NCBI GenBank assembly: GCA_051651885.1
Contig: JBOFTD010000018.1
Span: forward strand, 1 to 43,908
DNA length: 43,908 nucleotides
Direction: 5' to 3'
Source of the DNA: Treponemataceae bacterium
GTDB lineage: Bacteria; Spirochaetota; Spirochaetia; Treponematales; Treponemataceae
The notes under the pieces were generated by a model. That model was not told the DNA's origin, ran no database searches, and saw only the letters and a program-made list of their open reading frames with translations. Position numbers and translations under genes: made by a program. Below, piece after piece: positions 9,790-19,241 of the stretch; within the stretch, counting starts at the first letter, position 1, and each line of letters opens with the position of its first letter.

Positions 9790-9948
9790 ATTTTATAAAA
9801 ATAGTGAGAATCAATATTTTCCCGTTTTTGAGATAATTACATCAACGCTCACATTTAGTAAAGTGTAGCACAAAAGTCTCTGCCTTTCAACTATTGCATT
9901 TTGCAAATCATTTTTTCTAAAATAAATGCCTGTTGGCTTTTAGAGAAG

Positions 9949-10290
9949 TCAAGAACCATTCAAAATATCTTTCATAGTTTTACGAAACAGCTTATCAATT
10001 TCTTGATTTACCTCTGTTTTTAATTTTAAAACAGCATCATTTACATGACAAATATCAGGAGGAGTGACAGGTTGCTCAGAAGAAAGCAATTGACTTGGCT
10101 CAAGGTTCAAAATTTGTGCCAGTTTAACCAAGGTTTTGTCGCTCACCCACGTTCTAGCTCCCTCTATATCATTGACCATTTGCATTGATAAATCAGCAAA
10201 TTCGGCAAGTTTTTCTTGAGAAATGTGTAAAGCAATTCTTCCTGCCTTTATATTTTTAGATAAAATTTTACGTAACTCCAACGAATCCAT
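9949..10290 (-). CDS. XRE-family helix-turn-helix transcriptional regulator
   Basis: HTH segment ISQEKLAEFADLSMQMVNDIEGARTWVSDKTLVKLAQIL. Confidence 0.75.
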   Translation of the reverse strand: MDSLELRKILSKNIKAGRIALHISQEKLAEFADLSMQMVNDIEGARTWVSDKTLVKLAQILNLEPSQLLSSEQPVTPPDICHVNDAVLKLKTEVNQEIDKLFRKTMKDILNGS

Positions 10291-10304
10291 AATACTAATA
10301 ATAA

Positions 10305-10325
10305 TTTAGGTGCTAGTCAAGAACC
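10305..10325. repeat. Copy 2 of the 21-nt motif TTTAGGTGCTAGTCAA[T/G]AACC
   Basis: See 158..178. It lies in the 60-nt divergent spacer between the XRE gene and the lipoprotein gene. Confidence 0.6.
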
Positions 10326-10350
10326 AAAATAATTTTTTGGAGGAAAATGT

Positions 10351-11217
10351 ATGAAAAAAGCATTTATTGTAAGCATTATTGCTTGTGTGGCTTTTGTTAG
10401 TTGTTTATCAACAGGAGAAACCACTACAAAAGAGCAGTTACCAGAAGGCGTTGATAAAGTAATAGCCGTTGACTGGGATGGAAGAGTTTTAGGAGAACCG
10501 TCTGCTCCTAATTGGTTGAAGCAAATAAACAAAGGTAATGCAACCCTATTCAAAGAGGAATTTGGTGTTGATTCTAATCGCGTTTGCCGAATTTCGAAAG
10601 GAGAAGGAAAAACTCAGGCTCTTGCAGAAACATTTAGTCGAGTAAACTTTACTTATCAGCAAGCTGAAGAATTACAACAAAAGGTAATTGCGCGAGCAGG
10701 AGTGGGCATAAATAGTGCAGGCCAACGGGAAGCTTTGTTTAATGCTGCAAGTCAAACAAAGGTTGATATGACAGGTTTACGTACAGAAGCAAGTTTTTGG
10801 CAAAAAATACGCACCACCAATTCTCAAACAGGCAGTACAACAGAAAGCTTTATACATTATACAATATATTCTATGAGCAGTGAAATATGGGCTAGTATAG
10901 TGCGTAAATATCTGATGGATGTTATGGGAGATGCTAATCTTCAAACAGAAACACAAAAGACAATAGGGGGTCTTTTTAGTGAAATAAAAGATGATGAAGA
11001 TAAAATTAGTGCAAAAAAACAGGCCGATGATGAAAAAGCTTATAACCTGCAAAAAAAACAACTAGAGGTTGAACGTGCTAAAGCTGCAAAAGAAGCAGCA
11101 CAAGCAAAAACAGATGAGGTTATTCAAAAAATTGAATTAAAAAGAGAATCTAAAGAAGAGGCACAAGCTCGTGCAGACGCAGAGCGAGCAACTATTCTTT
11201 CAAAAATGCTTTTATAA
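10351..11217 (+). CDS. Hypothetical lipoprotein with a K/E/A-rich coiled-coil C-terminus
   Basis: GGAGGA SD. The signal peptide ends in the lipobox-like FVSC. The last roughly 90 aa are charged and helical. Confidence 0.6.
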   Translation: MKKAFIVSIIACVAFVSCLSTGETTTKEQLPEGVDKVIAVDWDGRVLGEPSAPNWLKQINKGNATLFKEEFGVDSNRVCRISKGEGKTQALAETFSRVNFTYQQAEELQQKVIARAGVGINSAGQREALFNAASQTKVDMTGLRTEASFWQKIRTTNSQTGSTTESFIHYTIYSMSSEIWASIVRKYLMDVMGDANLQTETQKTIGGLFSEIKDDEDKISAKKQADDEKAYNLQKKQLEVERAKAAKEAAQAKTDEVIQKIELKRESKEEAQARADAERATILSKMLL

Positions 11218-11234
11218 ATCGCATCCATTTATAC

Positions 11235-11269
11235 AGAGAGAATCTGTAATAAATTCTCTCTTGTTTCTT
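11235..11269 (+). terminator. Intrinsic terminator
   Basis: A 9-bp stem (AGAGAGAAT / ATTCTCTCT) with a 9-nt loop, followed by TGTTTCTT. Confidence 0.55.
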
Positions 11270-11369
11270 ATAACTTTGTCCTTATTTATTCATTTTGATC
11301 GAAAATATCGTTATTTTCTTTTAAATTTCACTTTAAGTCAATTTTAAGCACGAGTCTTTCTGCAAAGGA

Positions 11370-11398
11370 TTTACTTTTTAAGAAAGTAATACTATAAT
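11370..11398 (+). promoter_or_regulatory. Sigma70-like promoter, TTTACT-17-TATAAT
   Basis: Hexamers at 11370 and 11393, 30 nt upstream of ATG 11428, which has an AAAGGA SD. Confidence 0.4.
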
Positions 11399-11427
11399 TT
11401 AAAGTATAAAAATGAAAAGGAATTATT

Positions 11428-12534
11428 ATGGAAAATTCAAAAGTTTATATGACCAACTTTCGTACAACTGCAACCGAAAATCTGCCTCAAAAATTTAAAC
11501 GGCTTATTAAAAAAGCAGGAATTGACGGCATTGATTTTAATGGAAAATTTGTGGCAATAAAAATGCACTTTGGCGAAGAAGGCAACCTCGCTTTTTTGCG
11601 ACCAAATTACGCTCGTGCGGTTGTTGATGTCGTAAAACAGTTAGGAGGCAAGCCCTTTTTAACCGACTGCAACACACTGTACGTTGGCAGGCGAAAAAAT
11701 GCCCTTGATCATCTCGATAACGCATTTTTAAATGGATTTTCGCCTTTTTCAACTGATTGTCACGTTATTATTGGTGATGGATTAAAAGGAACCGATGAAG
11801 TTAGCATTCCCATTAAAAATGGCGTTTATCTTAAAGAAGCAAAAATTGGGCGAGCAATCATGGACGCAGATATTTTTATCTCGCTCACACATTTTAAAGG
11901 TCATGAAGCTACAGGAATTGGGGCTGCTCTAAAAAATATCGGAATGGGATGTGGATCACGTGCTGGAAAAATGGCAATGCATAACGACGGAAAACCTTCT
12001 ATTAACAAAGACTTATGCATTGGATGCGGTGGTTGTCAAAAAGTCTGTGCCCACAACGCCATCACTATAGAAGCAAAAAAAGCCCAAATCAATCACACAA
12101 ACTGTGTTGGCTGTGGACGCTGTATCGGTGTTTGCCCAACCGATGCCGTTTTTACCAATTGGGATGAAACAAATGAAAAACTCAATGCAAAAATTGCGGA
12201 ATATTCCGTTGCCGTTTTAAATGGTCGCCCGCATTTTCACATAAGTGTCGTCATGGATGTTTCACCGAACTGCGATTGCCATTCTGAAAATGATGCTCCC
12301 ATCGTACCTGACGTTGGAATGTTTGCCTCTTTTGATCCTGTTGCACTTGATCAAGCCTGTGCCGATGAAGTTTTAAAAATGCCTTCGATAAAAGGAAGCG
12401 TGATGGATGAGTGTGATACAAAACATGGAAACCACTTTACAAATCTGCACCCGACCACTGATTGGGCAGGACAAATGCTCTACGCAGAAAAACTCGGGCT
12501 TGGTACGCGTAAATACGAATTGATAAAAATTTAG
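11428..12534 (+). CDS. DUF362-domain iron-sulfur protein with two 4Fe-4S ferredoxin motifs
   Basis: CIGCGGCQKVCAHNAI and CVGCGRCIGVCPTDAV sit inside a DUF362-like scaffold (family by recall). Confidence 0.75.
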   Translation: MENSKVYMTNFRTTATENLPQKFKRLIKKAGIDGIDFNGKFVAIKMHFGEEGNLAFLRPNYARAVVDVVKQLGGKPFLTDCNTLYVGRRKNALDHLDNAFLNGFSPFSTDCHVIIGDGLKGTDEVSIPIKNGVYLKEAKIGRAIMDADIFISLTHFKGHEATGIGAALKNIGMGCGSRAGKMAMHNDGKPSINKDLCIGCGGCQKVCAHNAITIEAKKAQINHTNCVGCGRCIGVCPTDAVFTNWDETNEKLNAKIAEYSVAVLNGRPHFHISVVMDVSPNCDCHSENDAPIVPDVGMFASFDPVALDQACADEVLKMPSIKGSVMDECDTKHGNHFTNLHPTTDWAGQMLYAEKLGLGTRKYELIKI

Positions 12535-12546
12535 GACTCAAAAAAA

Positions 12547-12582
12547 GGAGCTGTACTAATTAAATTAAGACAGCTCTTTTTT
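12547..12582 (+). terminator. Intrinsic terminator
   Basis: A 7-bp stem (GAGCTGT / ACAGCTC) with a 15-nt loop and a T6 run, 13 nt after the stop. Confidence 0.55.
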
Positions 12583-12967
12583 AGGTAAGTTATAACTTTA
12601 GTTTGCAATTCTGCACGATTATAATTGTTTTGTTGTTAAATCTCCACGCACACTCTCGAATGTATAAATGCGAATGTTTTTTTGGAACACCATTAAATTA
12701 AAAAACTTATTTTTATGTAAAGGTCTTGTTACCTAATGTACTCATGCATATTTCCAAAGGTTTTCAATGCCGCTACTACGATTCTTCCCTTTTGGTGAAA
12801 AAGTTTTTTAGTAAAATTGACGTGTTGTCTTACTCTAAACATAATTACCGCTAGTTACCTATTTTTTATAAGGAGCACGACTTAAAATATCGGCTCTATC
12901 TAAATCGCCTGATTATTTTTATTAGGTATACAATATCGCAAAGTTTTGATAAGAAATTGCATACGGC

Positions 12968-12995
12968 TTGACAAAATTTAAATATCTGTTACAAT
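12968..12995 (+). promoter_or_regulatory. Near-consensus promoter TTGACA-16-TACAAT for tRNA-Lys
   Basis: The -10 box ends 12 nt before tRNA position 1. Confidence 0.6.
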
Positions 12996-13007
12996 AGCTT
13001 TATTCGA

Positions 13008-13080
13008 GGACCATTAGCTCAGCTGGTAGAGCAACAGACTCTTAATCTGTGGGTCGTAGGTTCGACTCCTACATGGTTCA
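13008..13080 (+). tRNA. tRNA-Lys (anticodon CTT)
   Basis: Hand-folded cloverleaf. Acceptor stem GGACCAT/ATGGTTC (one G-T pair), D stem GCTC/GAGC, anticodon stem ACAGA/TCTGT with loop CT-CTT-AA, T arm GTAGG-TTCGACT-CCTAC, discriminator A. CCA is not encoded. Confidence 0.9.
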
Positions 13081-13199
13081 ATGTAAAATAAATCATTGTT
13101 ATACAATGTTTTATAAAAATAAAACTACCCATACAAAAGGGCGTTTTCAACTTATTAAAATCAAAATGACACCTAGCCATTTTCAGTATTCAAAAAAAG

Positions 13200-14156
13200 T
13201 TAGCTTAAAAAATCGTTGTTTTCAGGACTTGGTGTAGGTGCAGTATTTTTTTTGTTGAGAATGTCATATAATCGTTCAAGATCTATTTGAGAAAAATAAT
13301 CGATGTGAATACTTCCCTTATTTAAATCCCCTTTAATAGAAACTTTTGTGCCAAGTGTTTCAATTAAGTGCTCTTGTAATTCATTTAAATCAGCATTTTT
13401 TTCTGCTGGCACAGGTTGTTTTTTCTCTATTTTTTGAATTTTTCCACCACCATTTAAGCGACTTGCTTGTTCTTCGGCATCTCGCACAGAAATATTTGAG
13501 CCTGCAATGCGTGCAAATAGTACTCGCTGATCAGAGGGATTAATCACAGAAAGCAAGGCTCGTGCATGGCCTGCACTTAAAGCTCCATTGGTAAGCGTTG
13601 TTTGCATATCTTCTGGTAATTTGAGTAATCGTAGGGCATTTGTAACGGTGGATCGATTTTTACCTACACGTTTTGCAACTTCATCTTGGCTTAAATTCCC
13701 CATTTCAAGAATTTTTTTGTAAGCCCGTGCTTCTTCAATTGGATTTAAATTCTCACGCTGGATATTTTCGATAAGGGCGACTTCAAGCTTGCTTTTGTCC
13801 GAAAATTTTTTAACATACACAGGCACTTTTGACAGTCCCGCAAGTTTTGCCGCACGCGTTCGGCGCTCTCCTGCAATAATGTAATATCTGCCATCGCCAA
13901 TTTCTTCTGCCACAATGGGCTGAATAATTCCATGCTCCCGAATAGAATTAGCAAGTTCTTGTAACGCATGCTCATCAAATTGGGTTCGCGGCTGGTGTGG
14001 ATTTGGTTGTAAAAGAGAAACATCAATAAAATGATTTTCATTAGCAGATTTTTGATCCGAGTGATTTTTATTATCAATCCCGGTTAAAACGCTTGAGTCG
14101 TACTCGGTATCGTCGAGAAGAGCCCCCAGCCCTTTTCCTAATCCTTGCTTAGCCAC
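13200..14156 (-). CDS. parB: ParB/Spo0J chromosome partitioning protein
   Basis: ParB-box motifs GIIQPIV and IIAGERRTRAAKLAG, plus the HTH LSQDEVAKRVGKNRSTVTN. Confidence 0.92.
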   Translation of the reverse strand: MAKQGLGKGLGALLDDTEYDSSVLTGIDNKNHSDQKSANENHFIDVSLLQPNPHQPRTQFDEHALQELANSIREHGIIQPIVAEEIGDGRYYIIAGERRTRAAKLAGLSKVPVYVKKFSDKSKLEVALIENIQRENLNPIEEARAYKKILEMGNLSQDEVAKRVGKNRSTVTNALRLLKLPEDMQTTLTNGALSAGHARALLSVINPSDQRVLFARIAGSNISVRDAEEQASRLNGGGKIQKIEKKQPVPAEKNADLNELQEHLIETLGTKVSIKGDLNKGSIHIDYFSQIDLERLYDILNKKNTAPTPSPENNDFLS

Positions 14157-14904
14157 GTTCTAATATCTCCATTGCGAGTTTTTTATAACTCATTGCACCA
14201 ACGCAGTTTGTATCGTATTTGCAAATAGGAAGTCCATGTGAAGGTGCCTCTGATAAACGCACATTTCGAGGTATAATAGTTGAAAAAACTTTATCAGAAA
14301 AATATGATTGCACTTGTTGCACAACCTCATTTGCAAGTTTTGTGCGAGAATCGTACATCGTAAAAAAGATACCTCCAATACGTAAGCTCGGATTGATAGA
14401 ATTTTGCACCATTTTAACTGTTTGTAAAAGTAATGAAATTCCTTCCAGTGCAAAATATTCACACTGCATAGGAATGAAAACTTCATTTGCACAAGTAAGC
14501 CCATTCAAAGTTAAAACACCCAAAGATGGTGGACAGTCAATTAAAATATAATCGTATTGATCAATGATTGGTGCGATTGCGTTTTTAAGAAAATATTCAC
14601 GTTCTTTTTGATTAACTAATTCAATTGCGGCTCCTGATAAGTCGATAGAAGCTCCAATTGCATCAAGATTTTCTACACACGTTTTGCGAATAACCTCTTG
14701 CGGGGTCGCCATTTCTGCCATCAATTCATAAATTGTTTGCTTGTTTTTTGACAAGCCAATACCTGATGTCATATTTCCTTGTGAGTCAAAATCAATTAGT
14801 AGAGTTTTTTTCCCCGCTTGTGCAAAATATGCTCCAATATTTACAACTGAAGTTGTTTTGCCCACGCCACCTTTTTGGTTGACAAATACGCATACCTTTC
14901 CCAT
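14149..14904 (-). CDS. parA: ParA/Soj partitioning ATPase
   Basis: Deviant Walker A NQKGGVGKTT. It overlaps parB by 8 nt. Confidence 0.92.
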   Translation of the reverse strand: MGKVCVFVNQKGGVGKTTSVVNIGAYFAQAGKKTLLIDFDSQGNMTSGIGLSKNKQTIYELMAEMATPQEVIRKTCVENLDAIGASIDLSGAAIELVNQKEREYFLKNAIAPIIDQYDYILIDCPPSLGVLTLNGLTCANEVFIPMQCEYFALEGISLLLQTVKMVQNSINPSLRIGGIFFTMYDSRTKLANEVVQQVQSYFSDKVFSTIIPRNVRLSEAPSHGLPICKYDTNCVGAMSYKKLAMEILERG

Positions 14905-14920
14905 GTTACGAAGTATATCA
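14902..14920 (-). promoter_or_regulatory. Extended -10 TGATATACT placed 7 nt before ATG 14904, with no SD
   Basis: The minus strand reads TGATATACTtcgtaacATG. Confidence 0.45.
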
Positions 14921-15083
14921 AAAAAAATAAAAAAAGTATACGCATTGTTATTTTTTTTTATGATTTAATGGCTTTTTTTCGAAAAAAATAGGATTATAGC
15001 GTAAGATACAACTCAATTTTGAATAAATTTTTTGCGAGTATTAATTTTAGAAGCAGGATGAAAACTTTCTTGAAATCTAAAAT

Positions 15084-15115
15084 AAAAAAAAGCCCTACCT
15101 TAAAAAAAGTAGAGC
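15084..15115 (-). terminator. Intrinsic terminator of htrA
   Basis: The minus strand has GCTCTAC-10 nt-GTAGGGC (7 bp, one G-U) followed by T8, 27 nt after the stop. Confidence 0.5.
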
Positions 15116-15141
15116 TTCAAAATATGAGTATAATGTGGAAA

Positions 15142-16632
15142 CTATTTTATTTTATACTTTACCGTTGAAATTACGTGTCCCGATCGATAAATATCAAACC
15201 AAATTTCTTTTTTATTGCTCGTGTTAATTTGATGGTAAAATTCCTTTATCGTTGTGACTGCAGTATCATTCACTGCAACAATAACATCTCCGGGTTGAAG
15301 TCCGATAATTGCTCCCGGCGTTTTTGCTTGAATACCTAAAACAACCACGCCTTGAATTTTATCATCTTCAATTTTGAATTGTTGTTTTATATCTTCAGAA
15401 AGTGGAGAAGGAATAAATCCCGGCCATAACTTTGAATTATCCACAACAATGTCGGAGGTTCGCTCTTCAATTTTGATTTTAACATCAATTTCTTTTCCAT
15501 TACGAATAACTTTAAAAGTGCTTGTCTCACCAACGGTTAATTCCCCGACAGAACGTACGAGTTGATCCACTGAACGCACTGGTTTTCCATCTAATGCAAT
15601 AACATAGTCGCCCGCTTGCAATCCGCCTTTTTGAGCAGGAGAGCCTGTAAATATTTGCGACGCAAGTGCACCAGTTTTATCTCCAACTCCGAGATTTTCT
15701 TGATACTCTTTTTTTGTTTCGATGAGGGAAACGCCAATCCAGCCGTAAGTTACCTTTCCGTCTTTTATAAAGGCTTCGATAGATTTTTTTACGTTATTAA
15801 TCGGAATTGCAAAACCTAATCCTTGCGATCCTCCTGATGAAGAAGCAATCCACGTATTAATTCCAATTACCTCGCCGTAAATATTGAGTAGTGGCCCACC
15901 TGAGTTTCCTTGATTGATAGCGGCATCTGTTTGAATAAAATCGCTGATATTACCAATTCCACTTCCTGCACGGCCTGTAGCACTTACGATTCCCTGTGTT
16001 ACAGAAGAAAAATAGCCCAGCGGTGTTCCCATAGCAACAACAATATCGCCAGTTTGAACGCTATCAGAATCTCCAAGCGTTGCTATCGGAATCGTTTTGT
16101 CATCAGACTCAAAAGAAACAAGGGCAATATCCTTTCTCTCATCTGCTCCGACAAGTTTCCCTTTAAAGACTCTTTCGTCGTATAGTTTCACCGAAATTTC
16201 GGTGGCTTTTCCGACAACATGATTATTTGTTAAAAGGTAGAATGTATTCTTATCTCGTTTTACGATTACTCCAGATCCTGTTCCTTGTTGCTTAAACTCC
16301 CTTGTGTCGCCGCCATCTTCCCCTTGTTCTTCTGGTTGTCCAAAAAAGAAAAAGGGAAATGCATTTCTTGGAATCATTTTTTGTGTTTTTGTTTCAACGA
16401 TATCAATTTCAACAACAGAAGGTAAAACATTTGTCGAAATTGCACGAAAACTTGTTTGCATTGCTTCAAGCACCGAAAGGGCATCGGCTGGAATTGTTTT
16501 ACGAGGAGAATTTTCTGCAAAAGCAAGGCTTATGTTATTCCCTGATTTGTTTGAGCACGAAAACGAAAAAAATAAAAAGGATAATGCGATGAGCAGCATT
16601 ACAAGAACGATTTTTTTTGACCAAAATTTCAT
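15142..16632 (-). CDS. htrA: HtrA/DegP-family periplasmic serine protease with two PDZ domains
   Basis: Trypsin-like core with GNSGGPL, two PDZ-like segments, a signal/lipobox FSFSC and a GGAGG SD. Confidence 0.9.
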   Translation of the reverse strand: MKFWSKKIVLVMLLIALSFLFFSFSCSNKSGNNISLAFAENSPRKTIPADALSVLEAMQTSFRAISTNVLPSVVEIDIVETKTQKMIPRNAFPFFFFGQPEEQGEDGGDTREFKQQGTGSGVIVKRDKNTFYLLTNNHVVGKATEISVKLYDERVFKGKLVGADERKDIALVSFESDDKTIPIATLGDSDSVQTGDIVVAMGTPLGYFSSVTQGIVSATGRAGSGIGNISDFIQTDAAINQGNSGGPLLNIYGEVIGINTWIASSSGGSQGLGFAIPINNVKKSIEAFIKDGKVTYGWIGVSLIETKKEYQENLGVGDKTGALASQIFTGSPAQKGGLQAGDYVIALDGKPVRSVDQLVRSVGELTVGETSTFKVIRNGKEIDVKIKIEERTSDIVVDNSKLWPGFIPSPLSEDIKQQFKIEDDKIQGVVVLGIQAKTPGAIIGLQPGDVIVAVNDTAVTTIKEFYHQINTSNKKEIWFDIYRSGHVISTVKYKIK

Positions 16633-16799
16633 TTTAAGAAACCTCCAAAATTACTTAATAATTTTATAATAATACAGAATATCATTTTATTTTTTAATAC
16701 TATCTTTAAATAATGCTATAAAAACCATTAAAAATTTTTTGCCTACTATACTTTAAGCAAAATAATGCATATTTATAAATATATCAGAAAATTATATTT

Positions 16800-16827
16800 T
16801 TGTCAAAAAGCTTTTATTACTTATAAT
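16800..16827 (+). promoter_or_regulatory. Promoter TTGTCA-16-TATAAT
   Basis: It lies upstream of ctp; the AGGAGA SD is at 16879. Confidence 0.5.
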
Positions 16828-16893
16828 AATTGAAAAAAAACCGATTATGTAGTAACAGCTAACAATAGGTTTATTTATAGGAGATAATGATTT

Positions 16894-18384
16894 ATGAAAA
16901 AGACACCAAAAAAAATTATGAAAATAAGAATGCTTAACATCTTTTTTTATTTTTTTATTTTTACATCACAACTTTTTGCTTTTTCTCTCCCCTCATCAGA
17001 TAAGGAAACAAATCAAGCACAAGAATCGCGTAAATATATTGAAACAATTAAAAACGTTTTTAATTTGTTTGAGTCAAACTATGTTGAAGATTTTGATTTA
17101 CGAAAACTTTATGAGGGTGCATTAAAAGGTATGATAGAAACTTTTGATGATCCTTACACGGTATATATGGATATGCCACAGTTACGAAATATTCAAAATA
17201 CAACCGTAGGACATTTTGGTGGCGTTGGCTTAACGATTACTAAACCGATTGTTAATTCTGATGAAAAACCAGCCTTTGTTGAGGTTGTCTCGCCCATTGA
17301 AGATACACCGGGATGGAAGGCGGGAATTCTTGCAGGTGACTTGATTGTTTCTATTGATGACACTTCAACGCCAGAAATTAGTATGGATGAAGTGCTTGCA
17401 AAATTGCGTGGTCGCATTGGAGACCCTGTAAAGCTCGTTATCAAACGCGGAAAAAGCATGGAATTTCCTGTTACGTTAATTAGAGATATCATTGAAGTTC
17501 CGACGGTTAAGTCTGCAATGATTCAGGATGATATTGGTTATTTGCGTATTGCAGAGTTTACGCCAAAAACACCAGAGCGAGTGCAAAATGCTTTATCTAG
17601 TTTTGCAGAAAAAAATTATAAAGGTTTGATTATCGATCTTCGCAATAATCCGGGTGGGCTTATTACAAGCGTTGTTGCTGTTGCAGATAAATTTATTGAC
17701 GAGGGAATAATTGTTTCGACAAAAGCTCGCCAGTCAAAAAATTCTAGTCAGTATAATGCAAAGCCTGCGACAACGACGGTTCAAAGAGGGCTTCCCATTG
17801 TAGTTCTGATTAATAAAGGATCAGCTAGTGCCTCAGAAATTCTTGCTGGTGCATTAAAAGATTATCATCTTGCATACCTTGTAGGCGAAAACACTTACGG
17901 AAAAGGCTCTGTGCAGCAGGTTATTCCGTTGCCAAATAGCGATGGAATTAAAATGACGATGGCTCGATATTACACGCCAAGTGATGCAAATATCGACAAA
18001 GTGGGAATTCCTCCCGATAGAGAGTCAAAGATCATTGAGTTAACCGAAGAAGAGGAAAATATTTATCAAAGTTTGTTTGCAACGCAAGAAATCCCAAAAA
18101 AGGTGAGCGAAAATCCAAAAATGACATCAGCAGAAGTTGCACAATACGCAGAAGATTTACAAAAAAGGTATAAGCTTGATCTAAGAATGCTTCGACGCAT
18201 GATAAATCTTGAAGTTTATCGCACAAAAGAGCAGCCGGTATACGACTTGGATTTTGATGTACAATTACAAGAGGCTTTGTCTGTTTTACGAAATGAATCT
18301 GTTTCAGAATTAATCCGCAAAACAAAAACGATTCATGAATTACAAGATGAAGCGGCAGAAAAACTTGCAGCTGAAAAAAAGTAA
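16894..18384 (+). CDS. ctp: Carboxy-terminal processing protease (S41 family)
   Basis: PDZ segment followed by LIIDLRNNPGG and VVLINKGSASASEI. Confidence 0.9.
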   Translation: MKKTPKKIMKIRMLNIFFYFFIFTSQLFAFSLPSSDKETNQAQESRKYIETIKNVFNLFESNYVEDFDLRKLYEGALKGMIETFDDPYTVYMDMPQLRNIQNTTVGHFGGVGLTITKPIVNSDEKPAFVEVVSPIEDTPGWKAGILAGDLIVSIDDTSTPEISMDEVLAKLRGRIGDPVKLVIKRGKSMEFPVTLIRDIIEVPTVKSAMIQDDIGYLRIAEFTPKTPERVQNALSSFAEKNYKGLIIDLRNNPGGLITSVVAVADKFIDEGIIVSTKARQSKNSSQYNAKPATTTVQRGLPIVVLINKGSASASEILAGALKDYHLAYLVGENTYGKGSVQQVIPLPNSDGIKMTMARYYTPSDANIDKVGIPPDRESKIIELTEEEENIYQSLFATQEIPKKVSENPKMTSAEVAQYAEDLQKRYKLDLRMLRRMINLEVYRTKEQPVYDLDFDVQLQEALSVLRNESVSELIRKTKTIHELQDEAAEKLAAEKK

Positions 18385-18389
18385 GGCTT

Positions 18390-19241
18390 GTGCGTCAGTT
18401 TATACTTCAAGAAAAACCTGATGAAAAAGGCTGTATCACCGTCAAAGGAAAAGATTTTAAATATTTGACGAGTGTTTTGCGCTTGAAAAAAAATGAGATT
18501 TTTGAGGCACGTCTTCTTAATGGAGATTTAAAATCAGTTGTAATATTAGAGATTCTAAAAAAAAACTGTGTTTTGAAAATAGTCGAGCAAGAAAAAAAGA
18601 AAGATTCTGCGTCACTTCAGGTATCTGCTTGTTCGATTTTAGAAAGTGATGCTTTGTTTAAGCGAAATAATGTAACTCTTGGCTATGGTAGCGAATTATG
18701 GTTGTTGCAAGCGATTACAAAGCCACAAAAAATGGATCTTATTATTCGTCAAGCGGTAGAAATCGGGGTTTCAAAAATTATTCCACTTGTGAGCGAATTT
18801 TCTTTTAAGGTGCCTGAATCTAATAGTCGCCTTGATCGCTGGAATAGAATTATTCGCGAAGCACGACAACAATCGGGATCCCCTATTGACACAACAATCG
18901 AAAATCCCCAAAATATCAAGGCAAGCTTAAATGCCGTAGAAAATTTTAGGAAAAATGAATTAGGGCAAGAAATAAATTGTTCTTGCGTTTTGATTTCTGA
19001 ACAAACCGATTATCAAAATAATCTTTTTACAATCCTGAATAAAAAACCCCAATTAACTTGTCTTGCTGTTGGATGCGAAGGTGGATTTTCTGTTCAGGAA
19101 GAAAACCTTTTTTTTGATAATAATTTTCAAGCGGTGCATTTTTCAACAAATATTTTACGATCAGAAACGGCAGCAGTGTATGGCTTGGCTGTATTGCAAA
19201 ATTTACTAACGGAGTTTTCCGCATGGCAAAAGAACGAATAA
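18390..19241 (+). CDS. rsmE: 16S rRNA (uracil1498-N3)-methyltransferase RsmE family
   Basis: GTG start. N-terminal PUA-like region with FKYLTSVLRLK and a C-terminal GCEGGFS...LRSETA knot motif. Confidence 0.75.
   Translation: MRQFILQEKPDEKGCITVKGKDFKYLTSVLRLKKNEIFEARLLNGDLKSVVILEILKKNCVLKIVEQEKKKDSASLQVSACSILESDALFKRNNVTLGYGSELWLLQAITKPQKMDLIIRQAVEIGVSKIIPLVSEFSFKVPESNSRLDRWNRIIREARQQSGSPIDTTIENPQNIKASLNAVENFRKNELGQEINCSCVLISEQTDYQNNLFTILNKKPQLTCLAVGCEGGFSVQEENLFFDNNFQAVHFSTNILRSETAAVYGLAVLQNLLTEFSAWQKNE

Noticed and set aside
10292-10320. TTGACT of the shared 21-mer as the -35 box of the XRE gene (TTGACT-17-TAGTAT)
   Set aside because: The putative -10 box ends 1 nt from the ATG, so the TSS would fall inside the ORF. 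At the other copy (158..178) the equivalent -10 position reads CAAGGT.
12660-12701. A 13-codon Cys-containing ORF (MYKCECFFGTPLN) in the long spacer
   Set aside because: It has no SD and no leaderless-type -10 box. ORFs of this size are expected by chance.
13081-13199. The tRNA-Lys 3' flank as an integration site
   Set aside because: There is no integrase and no visible repeat of the tRNA 3' end. Only a weak AT-rich hairpin (CATTGT-tat-ACAATG-TTTT at 13094..13112) is present, probably the tRNA terminator.
16304-16669. Long antisense or alternative-frame ORFs in the track (for example 16304..16669, 13745..14077, 21048..21437, 6331..6618, 10777..11061)
   Set aside because: They lie inside or opposite well-supported genes, have low-complexity or odd composition, and lack start signals. 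They are typical shadow ORFs.
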